A stretch of DNA of 44,809 nucleotides, taken from assembly GCA_965652295.1 (NCBI GenBank), contig CBFGTS010000023.1, positions 1 through 44,809 on the forward strand, read 5' to 3'. The position numbers and the translations under genes are program-made. This stretch comes from an uncultured Haloferula sp. Lineage in GTDB: Bacteria; Verrucomicrobiota; Verrucomicrobiia; Verrucomicrobiales; Akkermansiaceae. Below the pieces are notes generated by a model that did no database searches, was not told the origin of the DNA, and was given only the letters and a program-made list of their open reading frames with translations. This document shows positions 8,301 to 17,189 of this stretch, in pieces (the first letter of the stretch is position 1; each line of letters begins with the position of its first letter).

Positions 8301-11279
8301 CCAGGTGCCGGTGTTGTTGACCGTGACCGCTTCGTGCCCGGTCAGCGGGTCGGGGGAGTTCCAGTTCACCGTGCCGGCGTTGTTGAAGACCGTGGAGGTG
8401 GAAAGGGTGCAGCCGCCGGTGATCGCGAGCTGGGAGCCTGCGGGGAGCGTGAAGTTCCCGCCCCGGCTGCCGCCGTTCCAGACGAACGAGCCGGTCAAGG
8501 TCGCGGCGGTGGAGTTGAATGCTCCGCCCGTGGTCTGGAAGGTGCCTCCGGTATTGGAGACCAAGCCATCGACCGTCGCCGTGCCACCGGTTTGGATGAA
8601 GGTGGCGGGGCCGGTGAACTGGACGCCGTCGGACAGGGTGCTGTCGGCCGTGAGCTGCAGGGTGCCGGTCGTTTTTTCCACGGTCCCGCCGAAGGTGAAG
8701 CGCCAGTCGTCGAACACCGCGGTGCCCGCTCCGGTGCGCCGCAAGGTCCCTTGGTTGAGGAAGTGGTTGCCGCCGAAGTAGTTCGAGAACGCGTCGCCAT
8801 CGGCGGCCAGCTCCCAGGTCGCGCCGGGATGGTTGGTGATGGTCGCGGTCTCGCGGCCTTGGGTGACGCCGGAGTCCCAGACGACCATACCGTGGTTTTC
8901 CAAGCGGCTGTTCACCCACAACTCGCGGAAGGTCCCGCCGAGCGTGAGGGTGCCTTCGTTCACCCAGGTTCCATAGAGTGCGCCGCCGTTCCACTCGGAG
9001 TCGTCGGTGGTGGTGAGCGTGCCGAAACTTCCCGGGCCATTGTCGAAGCTGAGCCCGCCGGCCTCCAGATGCATTGCGTAAACGGTGCGGCTGACCGTGC
9101 TACGGACGGTGTCGCCATTGCCGATCACCACGATGTCATCCGCGCCGGGCGTCCCGTACGGACTCCAGTTGAGCGGTGTGCCCCAGAACGGCGAGTTGTT
9201 GTCGGGATTCTCGTCGCGCATCGAATAGCCGGTCCAGGTGTAAACCGGGTGGTAGTCGACCGTGAACGAGGTGCCGACGCCACGGGTGCCGGCCGGCGTT
9301 TCGCCATTGGTCGCCGTCACCTGAATGGAATAGCCGCCATTGGCCAAAAACGAACCGCTCGGGAGCGTCCAGGCCGCGGGGGCGGTCCAGCGGCCGGTTG
9401 CCGGATCGTGGATGACGGGAAGATCCGCTGCGGAGGCTGACCACCCGGTGCCGCTCCAGAACTCCGGCCCGCCGGAGGTGAAGCGGGCGATGCTCAGCGT
9501 CACCGAGGAAATCCCCGACTCGGGGTCGCTGGCGGTGCCTTGGAGGGCGGGCAGCGCCGGGTTGGCCAGAATCGAGCCGCTCACCGGTGTGTCGATTTCA
9601 ACCACGGGCAGGGTGGTATCCGCCGCGGTCCGGTGCACGCTGAGGTTGCGGTCGGTGGTGTTTGAAGCGGCATCCACCGCGTGGGCGGTGATGACCACCG
9701 GTTGGCCAGCAGGCCAGGTGTTCCGCCCCGGCAGCGCGGCGGTCGGCCGCCAGCGTCCGCCGCTTTGCATGGTGTCCAAGGTGAACGAGGTCGTGGACCA
9801 GTTCGTCCCGGTCCAGTACCAGTGGGTGCCCCCATCGATCCGAATCAGCTCGAAGGTGACGCTGGTGGCGTCCGACGCGAGGATGGCGAGGCCGTCGAGG
9901 TTGAAGATGGTCGCGCCTTCCGCCCACGGCTCGATCACGAGCGAGGGCGCCGCGTTGTCGATGGTGAACGAGCTGCTGACGAACTCGGTTCCCTGGTCGC
10001 GCTGATCGACCGAAGTCACATGGATCTCGTAGGCGCCGTCCGTCAGCGGGGGCATGGCGAAGTTCCACTGGTGACTCCCGGTCGCGATCGGGATCAGGTT
10101 TTCAATCTCCGCCGGTTTGGTGTGAGCGGCGTATTGGAAGGTGGGGGAGTCGAATAGGTTGGTCGTCCAGTTCAGCCATTTCCCCTGGCTTTGACTGAAG
10201 AGGCCGAGACGGACCCGCAGCAGCCCCGCCGCTTTCGACGAGCCGCCCGCAGCGGTGTCGGAGGTCGTGCCGAATATCCCAGCGGCGGCGATCGAGGCGG
10301 ATGTGTAGGCGCGGCCCGGTGTGGGACTGACGACATCGATAACGGGCGGCAGCTCGTCACTGAGCGTGTAGCCCATGTCCTGCAGCGTGCTCATGACCAA
10401 GTTGCCGAACACCTGGGTGCGGAAGCTCACGTAGGGAGTCATCAGCTCGTTCACACTGCCGTTGCCGGAATATGTGGAGTCGTCGTAGTGATGGAGCGAG
10501 GATCCGGGATCGAAGGTGGAGGGGGCGTGAAGCCGGGCGGCGGCATCCTCGTTGTATTCGCGGATGGTGGGGCCATCGAGGTAGAGGTTGTTGCTGGTCT
10601 GGATCGCCACCCGGTTCGCGGTGCTCATGGCGGTGACCGCGTTGCCCGAGCCATCGACCATCAGCGCATCCCAGATGGTGGGGCTGGCGAGGTTGTAGCT
10701 GCCGGTGCCCCCCAGCACCGAGATGAAGCCGAGGCCGTGGCCGATCTCGTGCAGCACGACCCCGACGAACGAGGTGTTCGCCGAGCCGGCGCTGTTGAGG
10801 GCATAGTCCCACTGCCAGCTGAAGCCCGGGTTTTCGTCGAGGTAGGAATTGCAATCCACGCTGATGTCCGTGAAAGTGCCGTTGACGATCAGGTCCTGGC
10901 CGACCACTTGATCGGCCAGAGCGCTCGGGAAAAACGTGTTGTCGCGAGGCAGCTCGGAGGTGGTGGCTCCGTTCCGGAGGAAATTGAGAGGCGATGCGCT
11001 GGCGAAGGTGATCCCGCCACCGGCCTCCGGTGCGGTGCTCGACCAGCCGGCGGACACGCGGATGGCGACACTGCCCCCGATCTGCGAGGACCAGCGGGAA
11101 AGCGCGTATTCGAAGGCGATCCGCCGTTGCTCGCCGAGGGAGGTGCCGGGGTTGCCGCCGACGGGTGTGCGCGGCGACGGATCGAAGAAGCCGGTGTTCG
11201 CCGCATCGCCGTAGATCACCTGAATCGGCACGGCTAGGGCGGAGGAGGCGAGAAACAACCAAATGGCCAGGGTTTTCAT
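5373..11279 (-). CDS. Large secreted/surface protein (1968 aa): zinc metallopeptidase-like domain, Ig-like domains, six NYFGGN beta-solenoid repeats, C-terminal putative sorting domain
   Basis: Signal MKTLAIWLFLASSALA; HEIGHGLG at 10728-10751; D..P.V.I..P Ig-like starts; G/T/N-rich repeats; terminal ADPDHDGISNFLEYAFNLDP...FLHLRVE. Confidence 0.88.
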   Translation of the reverse strand: MKTLAIWLFLASSALAVPIQVIYGDAANTGFFDPSPRTPVGGNPGTSLGEQRRIAFEYALSRWSSQIGGSVAIRVSAGWSSTAPEAGGGITFASASPLNFLRNGATTSELPRDNTFFPSALADQVVGQDLIVNGTFTDISVDCNSYLDENPGFSWQWDYALNSAGSANTSFVGVVLHEIGHGLGFISVLGGTGSYNLASPTIWDALMVDGSGNAVTAMSTANRVAIQTSNNLYLDGPTIREYNEDAAARLHAPSTFDPGSSLHHYDDSTYSGNGSVNELMTPYVSFRTQVFGNLVMSTLQDMGYTLSDELPPVIDVVSPTPGRAYTSASIAAAGIFGTTSDTAAGGSSKAAGLLRVRLGLFSQSQGKWLNWTTNLFDSPTFQYAAHTKPAEIENLIPIATGSHQWNFAMPPLTDGAYEIHVTSVDQRDQGTEFVSSSFTIDNAAPSLVIEPWAEGATIFNLDGLAILASDATSVTFELIRIDGGTHWYWTGTNWSTTSFTLDTMQSGGRWRPTAALPGRNTWPAGQPVVITAHAVDAASNTTDRNLSVHRTAADTTLPVVEIDTPVSGSILANPALPALQGTASDPESGISSVTLSIARFTSGGPEFWSGTGWSASAADLPVIHDPATGRWTAPAAWTLPSGSFLANGGYSIQVTATNGETPAGTRGVGTSFTVDYHPVYTWTGYSMRDENPDNNSPFWGTPLNWSPYGTPGADDIVVIGNGDTVRSTVSRTVYAMHLEAGGLSFDNGPGSFGTLTTTDDSEWNGGALYGTWVNEGTLTLGGTFRELWVNSRLENHGMVVWDSGVTQGRETATITNHPGATWELAADGDAFSNYFGGNHFLNQGTLRRTGAGTAVFDDWRFTFGGTVEKTTGTLQLTADSTLSDGVQFTGPATFIQTGGTATVDGLVSNTGGTFQTTGGAFNSTAATLTGSFVWNGGSRGGNFTLPAGSQLAITGGCTLSTSTVFNNAGTVNWNSPDPLTGHEAVTVNNTGTWNLLTPGVPFQNYFGSNVFNNLGLLHASAAGNTELRDWTFNLAAETRSSLGTLQVNANSMLPAGAALTGAGTIEWLSSTCSLGGEVTSTVATLRKTDGTWNAAAGARIVGDWFWSGGWIHGTLENPAGSQLTIDGWSILGTGTTFDNLGTVVWNSATPLQGRENVTIQNQGLWDLAAPGKAFENYFGGNQFFNTGELRRSATTGESLLADWTYRHTGILHAAGGTVRFTSSLVLNAAGSFTGAGAFSFEGSTSLMGATTFNADSTLTSGTLTGDPAGSILGVLGWNGGWIVGTTTVTPAGTLVIGGTGDKTLGVGALLDVGGNVRWETGSVTGRENSTLAVRSGGGFSIEGAGDFVNYFGGNHLVIDPGATLVKTGSGDNRIDWAFDNDGEATASNGLLLLHGGGNSAGEFLSSAPGAIRFTGGNHTLDAGTVLAGPNEMTGGSLVALGDASARIAITGGTLGSTPPAVLSLTDASSWTDGWLTGLVDVHPAASLTVSGAGSRVIAPGSQLTVHGTLDWQGGDPIVGRDTSTIRVETGGTMNVSGTGDVFANYFGGNRLEVLGTLKKSTATDPAWLDEWYIDLSGVCLAETGDLEIRSGGALRPGVSFQGAGRTRLVGGTVAIQGTASIAGGATLDLGGSSVAAHEDGSATLSGGTTTWSGGWIYGTLTNASSFSTAGTGEKTLAPGAHLRNAATLNFGGTGVLTGRDASTLRNLAGATLNAGGTHHLGNYFGGNRLINEGTVTIGSPVGRQTMDWAFQQTATGTLSIDIGGENAAAPDFDILQATGGIQLAGTLSVQKINGYLPAEDTLFTVLSGSAPSGTFIQLIGGGFTAEYTGAVILRAGNSGIGFEEWAGEHSLSGADALAGADPDHDGISNFLEYAFNLDPTVATPKPFTAATETIDGQEWIVLGYRVWQDRVDAGLGYFAERSSTLAGWDTEGLIDEVDPDAPVIEGSEARRCRVPLAAAQQFLHLRVE

Positions 11280-11749
11280 GGGTCCGTGGGGGCTGGGGGT
11301 GACTTGAGCGGAATGCGCCAGGATTCATCGACGGTCGCGCCGGTGAAGCGCCGGCCGTCCGGGAGGATGATTTCGGTTTCGCGGGGAGGCGTCCGCGGCG
11401 TGCCGGGAGGCGGCGTCGGCCGATGGGTTCCGGGCTCGAAACGGACTTCGATTCCCGGGAAATGACCGGATTCAAAAGGAGGCTCTACCCCGGCCGCGGG
11501 GATGATCGTCGGGGGAACCGACAGCGCGACCGGTTCGCTTGGGGCAGGCGGGACGCCGTCTGTGCCCGCGTCCGGCTCCGATGAATCCGTCACCGCCTCG
11601 GCTGCCGCCGCCGGCGTTTGCCCGCTGGTCTTCGGGAGATCCGCTTCGGGCGCGTGGTTTCCGCCGACCAAAAGCCGGATGAGCACCAAGGCGAGCAAAG
11701 CGACGGATCCGATGACGCCTGTCATGCGGACCCCGGACGCACGGGTCAT
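11276..11749 (-). CDS. Small membrane-anchored Pro-rich protein coupled to the large protein (possibly post-PEP-CTERM-1-like)
   Basis: N-terminal hydrophobic helix, acidic/Pro linker, GIEVRFEPGT...ILPDGR...VDESW; stop overlaps the next ATG (ATGA). Family resemblance is from memory. Confidence 0.7.
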   Translation of the reverse strand: MTRASGVRMTGVIGSVALLALVLIRLLVGGNHAPEADLPKTSGQTPAAAAEAVTDSSEPDAGTDGVPPAPSEPVALSVPPTIIPAAGVEPPFESGHFPGIEVRFEPGTHRPTPPPGTPRTPPRETEIILPDGRRFTGATVDESWRIPLKSPPAPTDP

Positions 11750-11899
11750 AAAAGGGAGGGAAGCCCGGTTTCTATCACCGTCCGTCCCGCTCCGTCAATC
11801 TCGATGCAAAGGCATGATGGCGAGAGCGCCGGACACGGAGCGAATCTTGCGGATTGCCCATCGTCCCGATCCGGGGCACCAAAAGCGCCTGCCTCCGCC

Positions 11900-13198
11900 A
11901 TGCTCTACCACTCCACCAACAATCCCGCCCACCGGGTCGATCTGAAGGAAGCGATCCTGCGCTCGCTGCCGCCGGACAACGGGCTCTACATGCCGGACAC
12001 CCTGCCGACCCTCGGCGAGGACTTCTGGAAGATCTGGCGCGACCTCTCGTTCCAGGAAATCGGCTACGCCGTGGCGGACGCGTTCTTCGGCGAAGACGTG
12101 CCGGAGGAGGCGCTGACCGACATCGTCGAGGGCACGTTGGCGTTCGATGCACCGCTGGTGACGCTGGCCCCGGGCGACCACATCCTTGAGCTTTTTCACG
12201 GTCCCACGCTCGCCTTCAAGGACTTCGGCGCGCGCTTCATGGCCCGCCTGATGGCGTGGCTGACGCGCGACGAGGACCGCGAGCTGACCGTGCTCGTTGC
12301 CACCTCCGGCGACACCGGTGGCGCGGTAGCCTCCGCCTTCCACAACGTCCCCGGCACCCGGGTCTTCATCCTCTACCCGAAGGGCAAGGTCTCCGGTCTG
12401 CAGGAAAAGCAGCTCACCACCCTCGGCGGAAACATCCACGCACTGGAGGTCGAAGGCACCTTCGACGACTGCCAGCGGCTGGTGAAATCCGCTTTCCTCG
12501 ACCGCGAGCTTTCCGAGCGGATGAACCTGACCTCGGCGAATTCGATCAACCTCAGCCGCCTGGTCCCGCAGAGCTTCTACTACATCCATAGTGCCCGTCA
12601 GCTCGCCGAGGGCGTGAAGCCGGTCTTCGTGGTGCCGAGCGGGAACTTCGGCAACCTCACCGCCGGCCTGCTCGCCCGTCAGCTCGGACTGCCGGTGGAG
12701 AAATTCGTCGCCGCCACCAACATCAACGACGTCGTCCCGGCCTACCTGAAAAGCGGCAGCTATGAGCCACGCCCGAGCGCCGCGACAATCTCGAACGCGA
12801 TGGACGTCGGCGCGCCCTCGAACTTCGCCCGCCTGGAGGCGCTTTTCGGGAAATCCTGGGACGCGATGCGCGAAATGATCGCCGGAGTTTCCTACACCGA
12901 TGACCAAACGCGCGCCGCGATCCGCGAGGTGAAGGCGCTCCACGACTACGAGATCGATCCGCACGGTGCCGTCGGCTGGCTGGCCGCCCGCCAGTGGCGC
13001 TCCGAACATCCGGCCACGGCGACGATCACGTTGGAAACCGCGCATCCCTCGAAGTTCCTCGACGTGATGCGCGACGAACTCGGCCCCAACGCCGTCGAAA
13101 TCCCCGACCGCCTCGCCATCCTGGCGGACCGCCAAAAGGTCGCCCACCCGATGAGCACCGACGAAGCCGCTTTCAAGGACTGGCTCAACGGGCAGTGA
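11900..13198 (+). CDS. thrC: Threonine synthase
   Basis: PPDNGLYMP, ELFHGPTLAFKDFG (PLP lysine), ATSGDTG, SANSIN, VPSGNFGN, DPHGAVG, TAHPSKF. Confidence 0.96.
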   Translation: MLYHSTNNPAHRVDLKEAILRSLPPDNGLYMPDTLPTLGEDFWKIWRDLSFQEIGYAVADAFFGEDVPEEALTDIVEGTLAFDAPLVTLAPGDHILELFHGPTLAFKDFGARFMARLMAWLTRDEDRELTVLVATSGDTGGAVASAFHNVPGTRVFILYPKGKVSGLQEKQLTTLGGNIHALEVEGTFDDCQRLVKSAFLDRELSERMNLTSANSINLSRLVPQSFYYIHSARQLAEGVKPVFVVPSGNFGNLTAGLLARQLGLPVEKFVAATNINDVVPAYLKSGSYEPRPSAATISNAMDVGAPSNFARLEALFGKSWDAMREMIAGVSYTDDQTRAAIREVKALHDYEIDPHGAVGWLAARQWRSEHPATATITLETAHPSKFLDVMRDELGPNAVEIPDRLAILADRQKVAHPMSTDEAAFKDWLNGQ

Positions 13199-13203
13199 TA
13201 TCA

Positions 13204-13308
13204 GGAGCATCGGCATTCCTGCCGATGGATCGGTCAGGTCTGGTCGCGAAGAAGCTCGCGAGAAGGCTGGTCGCCGGAAAGGTCCGGCGGCAAGAATGCC
13301 GCCGCTCC
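13204..13308. repeat. REP-like doublet, family A (GGAGC-hairpin arms)
   Basis: Left GGAGCATCGGCATTCCTGCCGATG (13204-13227); the right arm (13285-13308) reverse-complements to GGAGCGGCGGCATTCTTGCCGCCG. Each arm is its own hairpin with compensatory changes. Confidence 0.8.
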
Positions 13309-13309
13309 G

Positions 13310-14329
13310 ATGTTCCGCCGTGTTTTCCTATTTCTTGTCGCCGTCCCGCTGGCCTATGGCCACGTCGTCGAGCAATTCCACGCGGAGGTCCTCGAGGGTG
13401 GCGTCGAGCTGCTGTTCGACGTCGGCTATGCCGATCCGGCGACGCGCGACGACCCCTTCGAGCCGCAGCCGACGCGCGACTGGCTGGTTTCCCGGACGCC
13501 CGCCCAACACGCAGCGCTGCGCGAGGAGTCCGCGGCGTACCTGCGCGATTACCTCCGTCTGTCGCGGGGGGAAAACCTCGCCTTTCCCGACTTCGAGACC
13601 CAGCCGCCCGAGTTCGAGCGGCTGATTTCCGGCGGTGCCTATTACCGCATCCGCATCGCGTTGGACGGCCCCTTGGAGGTGAACGAAGGCGATTTCCCCG
13701 ACCTCGCCCTGCGGCTGCCCGATGGCACCTACCGCACGCTTGTGGCCGGTGAATCGATCGATCTCACCTCGTCTCCCGAAGGATCGCCGGCTCTATTGCA
13801 TGCCTTCCGCGAAGGCTTCGTTCATGTGCTGCCGGCTGGGCTCGATCACATCCTGTTCATCCTCGCGATCTTCCTGTTGGTGCGGAAATGGAAGCCGCTG
13901 TTGTGGTCGTCGCTCGCCTTCACCGTGGCCCACACGATCACCCTCGGGTTGGGGGCGGCGGGGGTGATCGCATCGCCGCCGTGGGTCGAGCCGGTCATCG
14001 CCCTGAGCATCGCGGCCCTGGCGGTGGAAAACCTTTTCGTGCGTGAGTTCCACCCGTGGCGGCTGGCGGTGATCTTCGGTTTCGGGCTCGTGCATGGCAT
14101 GGGCTTTGCCAGCGTGCTGACGAAGGGGCTGGGGGAGGGCGACGGATTCCTGGCGCGGCTGCTCTGCGCGAACCTCGGAGTCGAGGTCGCGCAGGTTGTT
14201 GTGCTCGCCGCGGCGTGGGGGCTGACCCTGGGGTGGGGAAAATCGCGGGCCTGGAAGCCGTTTCGCGCCGCGGCGAACTGTGCTCTCGCGGCGGTGGCCT
14301 TGGTGTGGTTCGTCCAGCGGCTGGGATAG
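13310..14329 (+). CDS. HupE/UreJ family membrane protein with N-terminal periplasmic domain
   Basis: GFVHVLPAGLDHILF, AFTVAHTITL, VEPVIALSI, FGLVHGMGFA, NLGVEVAQ. Confidence 0.9.
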   Translation: MFRRVFLFLVAVPLAYGHVVEQFHAEVLEGGVELLFDVGYADPATRDDPFEPQPTRDWLVSRTPAQHAALREESAAYLRDYLRLSRGENLAFPDFETQPPEFERLISGGAYYRIRIALDGPLEVNEGDFPDLALRLPDGTYRTLVAGESIDLTSSPEGSPALLHAFREGFVHVLPAGLDHILFILAIFLLVRKWKPLLWSSLAFTVAHTITLGLGAAGVIASPPWVEPVIALSIAALAVENLFVREFHPWRLAVIFGFGLVHGMGFASVLTKGLGEGDGFLARLLCANLGVEVAQVVVLAAAWGLTLGWGKSRAWKPFRAAANCALAAVALVWFVQRLG

Positions 14330-14366
14330 CGGGAGCCGCGGTTGTGGGAGGAGGGCGTCCCACCCG

Positions 14367-15566
14367 CTACTCGAATTCGATGTCGACGCCCTTCTTTCCC
14401 CAGCCTTTGGCCACGTCTTCCTCAAGCTCATCCCAGGTCCGCCCGTCGAGCAGCACTTTGTAAGCTTCTTCGATGTCGCCATGCCCGATCTCGCGGAGCT
14501 TTTTCAGGAACGTCTTCAACCGCGCCGCATCGCCCTCGCCGTCGAGGTGGATGAAATACGTCGTCATCAACGCGGCGAAGCCGTAGTTGAAATTGGCGTT
14601 CGAGCCGGTGAAATCCGAGTAGTCCATTCCCATGAACTGCTTCAGGTCCGGGGCATCGATCTCGGTGCCCAGCGCCCGGCCGCGGTTGGTCTTGCGGTTG
14701 TAGGCGGTGACGTCCTCCTCGATGGTTCTCAGCGCGCTGCGGACGTTGAAGCGGCCGTTGCGATAGGGGGTCATCGCGCAATACTCGGCGATGCCCTCGG
14801 TGAACCATCCACGTGAGCCTTCGCGATAGTAAATGTCGGGCGTGAGCTGGTGCACCAGTTCGTGGACCAGCACCTGGTCGCTCTTGTCCCGGTCCCGCAT
14901 GTAGCCGCTGCCGACCTTCCGGACGCCGAGGCTTTTCAGCGGGACCATCACGACATTCTCGCCGGGCATGAATACCCCCGCGCTGGAGGCCGGCCCCCCA
15001 GCCTTCACGTAGTCATCGAACTGCTCGAAGAGAAGAATCTCGAACTTCCCATCGCGGACCCGGCCACCGGTAATCGCGAGCGGCAGGGCGCGGCTGTATT
15101 GATAGGCCGATTCGAACATCTCGGCGAAATTGCTGACGACCGATTTCGAAAGCCGGACGTCGCAGATGAAGCGGTAGTGGGACGACTCGTAAACCCAGCG
15201 CTTCTTCTCCTCGTCCTCTTCCGCGATGTTGATCTCGGGGTCCGCCTTGTAAACCACCGCATCCGGCCAGGCGACGCTCCAGTTGAGTGCGTCGTCACCG
15301 GCATTCGTCTCGCTCTCTTTTTTCTCCTCAGCCTCCGGCTCGTCGGTCTCTCCGCGAAGAAAGGCGAGATCCTCTTCGCTGAGCCGCGTGAGGGCCACGG
15401 TGGCATTTTTCCCTCCCGGCAGCCGCAGCACCACCTCGCGGTCGTCGTGGGAAACGAGTTCCGCCTCGATCTCCCGGCCTTGGACATCGGTCCACGTGCG
15501 TGCCTCAAGGGCGGTCGCGGTAAGGCATAGCGCGGCCAGGCTGCGAAGCATCGGATTTTTCAGCAT
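14367..15566 (-). CDS. Secreted SHD1-domain protein with HExxH zinc-peptidase-like domain
   Basis: ARTWTDVQGREIEAELV...LSEEDLAFL (SHD1-like); HELVHQL...WFTEGIAEY (gluzincin-like). Start uncertain (15578/15566/15551). Confidence 0.8.
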   Translation of the reverse strand: MLKNPMLRSLAALCLTATALEARTWTDVQGREIEAELVSHDDREVVLRLPGGKNATVALTRLSEEDLAFLRGETDEPEAEEKKESETNAGDDALNWSVAWPDAVVYKADPEINIAEEDEEKKRWVYESSHYRFICDVRLSKSVVSNFAEMFESAYQYSRALPLAITGGRVRDGKFEILLFEQFDDYVKAGGPASSAGVFMPGENVVMVPLKSLGVRKVGSGYMRDRDKSDQVLVHELVHQLTPDIYYREGSRGWFTEGIAEYCAMTPYRNGRFNVRSALRTIEEDVTAYNRKTNRGRALGTEIDAPDLKQFMGMDYSDFTGSNANFNYGFAALMTTYFIHLDGEGDAARLKTFLKKLREIGHGDIEEAYKVLLDGRTWDELEEDVAKGWGKKGVDIEFE

Positions 15567-15634
15567 CGGCGCGCCCATGAGAGCCGGTCGCGTGCGAGGG
15601 CGACAGGAAAAAGAGGCCTGGGGGAATGAGCGGG

Positions 15635-16333
15635 TTACTTCACTTCCGCGATATCACTGAGGCCGCGCATCTGGATCTGCGAGGTGCCGGGCGTGGCGGT
15701 CACGATCTGGAGGACGCGCTTCTTTCCGGGGTGTGGCCAGTTGCCTGAGGCCACCTGCACCCACTCGCCATCTTTTCCGGCATGAAACATGCGCATGGCC
15801 GAAGCCTGGCGCTCTCCGACCGGCGGGTCCTGGATCAGCGCCGTTCCTCCCGCCGGGCATTCGAATTCCTTGTCCTGGAGCACGAGCTTCACCGCGCCCT
15901 CCGTGAGGTTGAGCACGTGGAACGAGCCCGCCGGAAAGGCTTTGGCCGAATCGTCCACCATATGCACGGTCGCCGGCTCGTCACCCTGGGCTGGCATGAA
16001 CAGGGCGATCCCGCGGCTGAAGCCCGCGGGCAAGACCACCGAGCCCAGTTGCTGCGTGGCATCTTCCTTGCTCTTGGCCTTGGAGTCCGTGGTGAAAACC
16101 AGCTTGGCGCTGTCCACGTCCACCGCACTGGTGTCGCGGTTGAGATAGCGTTGCACCTTGATCGGTTGACCCGATGACTTGGAGCCTTCCTCATGGAGGA
16201 ACACCTCGCCTTTCGGGTATCCCTGGGTGATCGAGACCCCGCGGATCTCCACGTCCTTTGCCTCGAGGCCGCCGCCCAAGGCCGTCATTCCCGCCAATAC
16301 GGCGATGGTTATCGTTTTCATGTTATCTGACAT
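15635..16333 (-). CDS. Hypothetical secreted protein
   Basis: MKTITIAVLAGMTALGGGLEA signal; DDSAKAFPAGSFHVLNLT. Start 16333 or 16321. Confidence 0.75.
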   Translation of the reverse strand: MSDNMKTITIAVLAGMTALGGGLEAKDVEIRGVSITQGYPKGEVFLHEEGSKSSGQPIKVQRYLNRDTSAVDVDSAKLVFTTDSKAKSKEDATQQLGSVVLPAGFSRGIALFMPAQGDEPATVHMVDDSAKAFPAGSFHVLNLTEGAVKLVLQDKEFECPAGGTALIQDPPVGERQASAMRMFHAGKDGEWVQVASGNWPHPGKKRVLQIVTATPGTSQIQMRGLSDIAEVK

Positions 16334-16377
16334 GCTCCATCCCCTGGCACGTCGAGTCAATCACGCGCTGTGACTCC

Positions 16378-17106
16378 TTATGATCCCGGAGGATCGGTCG
16401 GGCGGCTCGGCGGGGCGTTGATGGCCCGCGGCAGGGAGCCCGGCGGGTCGCCCAGCCGCTGCTGGTCGAGGATGGCGTCGGCGATCGCCGACGCGAGCTG
16501 ATCGCGGTAGCCGGCGTCGTCGCACCGGCGGGCTTCGGCCGGATTGCTCAGGTAGCCGCATTCCACCAGCACGCTGGGGACGTTCGGATTCCGCGTGAGC
16601 CGCAGGCGCCGTCGCACCTGCCCACGGTTGCCGCTTTCGCCAGGCACCACTTTTTCCAGATTGCGCTGGAGGCGGGTGGCGAGGCCCCAGCTATCGACCC
16701 GCCACCAGTAGAGTTCCGGCCCGCGCATCGACGAAGGACCGGCGTTGTAGTGGATGCTGACCAGGATCGCGCCATCCCGCCGGCTGGCGCGGCGCACGCG
16801 TTCATCGAGGTCCACGAAGGTATCGTCCGAACGCATCAGGACCACCTTCGCCCGGCCCCGCAGCTTCGCCCGGACCCGCTTCACCGTATCGAGCGCGAGG
16901 TCCTTTTCCCGGGTCCCGGTGGTGCGCGAGACCGCCCCGGAATCGTGTCCGCCGTGGCCGGCGTCGAGGACTACCGTCGAGAACCCTTTCGGGCCGGGGC
17001 GATGCCCCCAGTAGTCGCGTTTCCAGCTCGTCGCCGGACCACTCGGAGCGGGGGCGCAGGAAACGGCGGCAAGTGCGATCAGTCCGGAGAAAAGCAGGTT
17101 TCGCAT
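16378..17106 (-). CDS. N-acetylmuramoyl-L-alanine amidase (Amidase_3), lipoprotein
   Basis: VVLDAGHGGHDSGA, EKDLAL, LVSIHYNA, SVLVECGYLSN; lipobox AAVSC. Confidence 0.92.
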   Translation of the reverse strand: MRNLLFSGLIALAAVSCAPAPSGPATSWKRDYWGHRPGPKGFSTVVLDAGHGGHDSGAVSRTTGTREKDLALDTVKRVRAKLRGRAKVVLMRSDDTFVDLDERVRRASRRDGAILVSIHYNAGPSSMRGPELYWWRVDSWGLATRLQRNLEKVVPGESGNRGQVRRRLRLTRNPNVPSVLVECGYLSNPAEARRCDDAGYRDQLASAIADAILDQQRLGDPPGSLPRAINAPPSRPTDPPGS

Positions 17107-17189
17107 CGTGCCGGAGTCTCGCAGAGCCCTCCCGGGGTCGCGAGCGGAAATCAGTGACACCCGGCCATCACCGGCCGACCATCGCGCCC

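Noticed and set aside
5952..11237. Long alternative-frame ORFs (5952-7547, 5986-7788, 7644-9440, 10191-11237)
   Set aside because: High-GC shadows of the 1968-aa gene; Arg/Gly-rich with no motifs.
14330..14370. Possible additional REP arm (GTGGGAGGAGGGCGTCCCACCCG)
   Set aside because: Degenerate, with no clear partner arm; could simply be a terminator between convergent genes.
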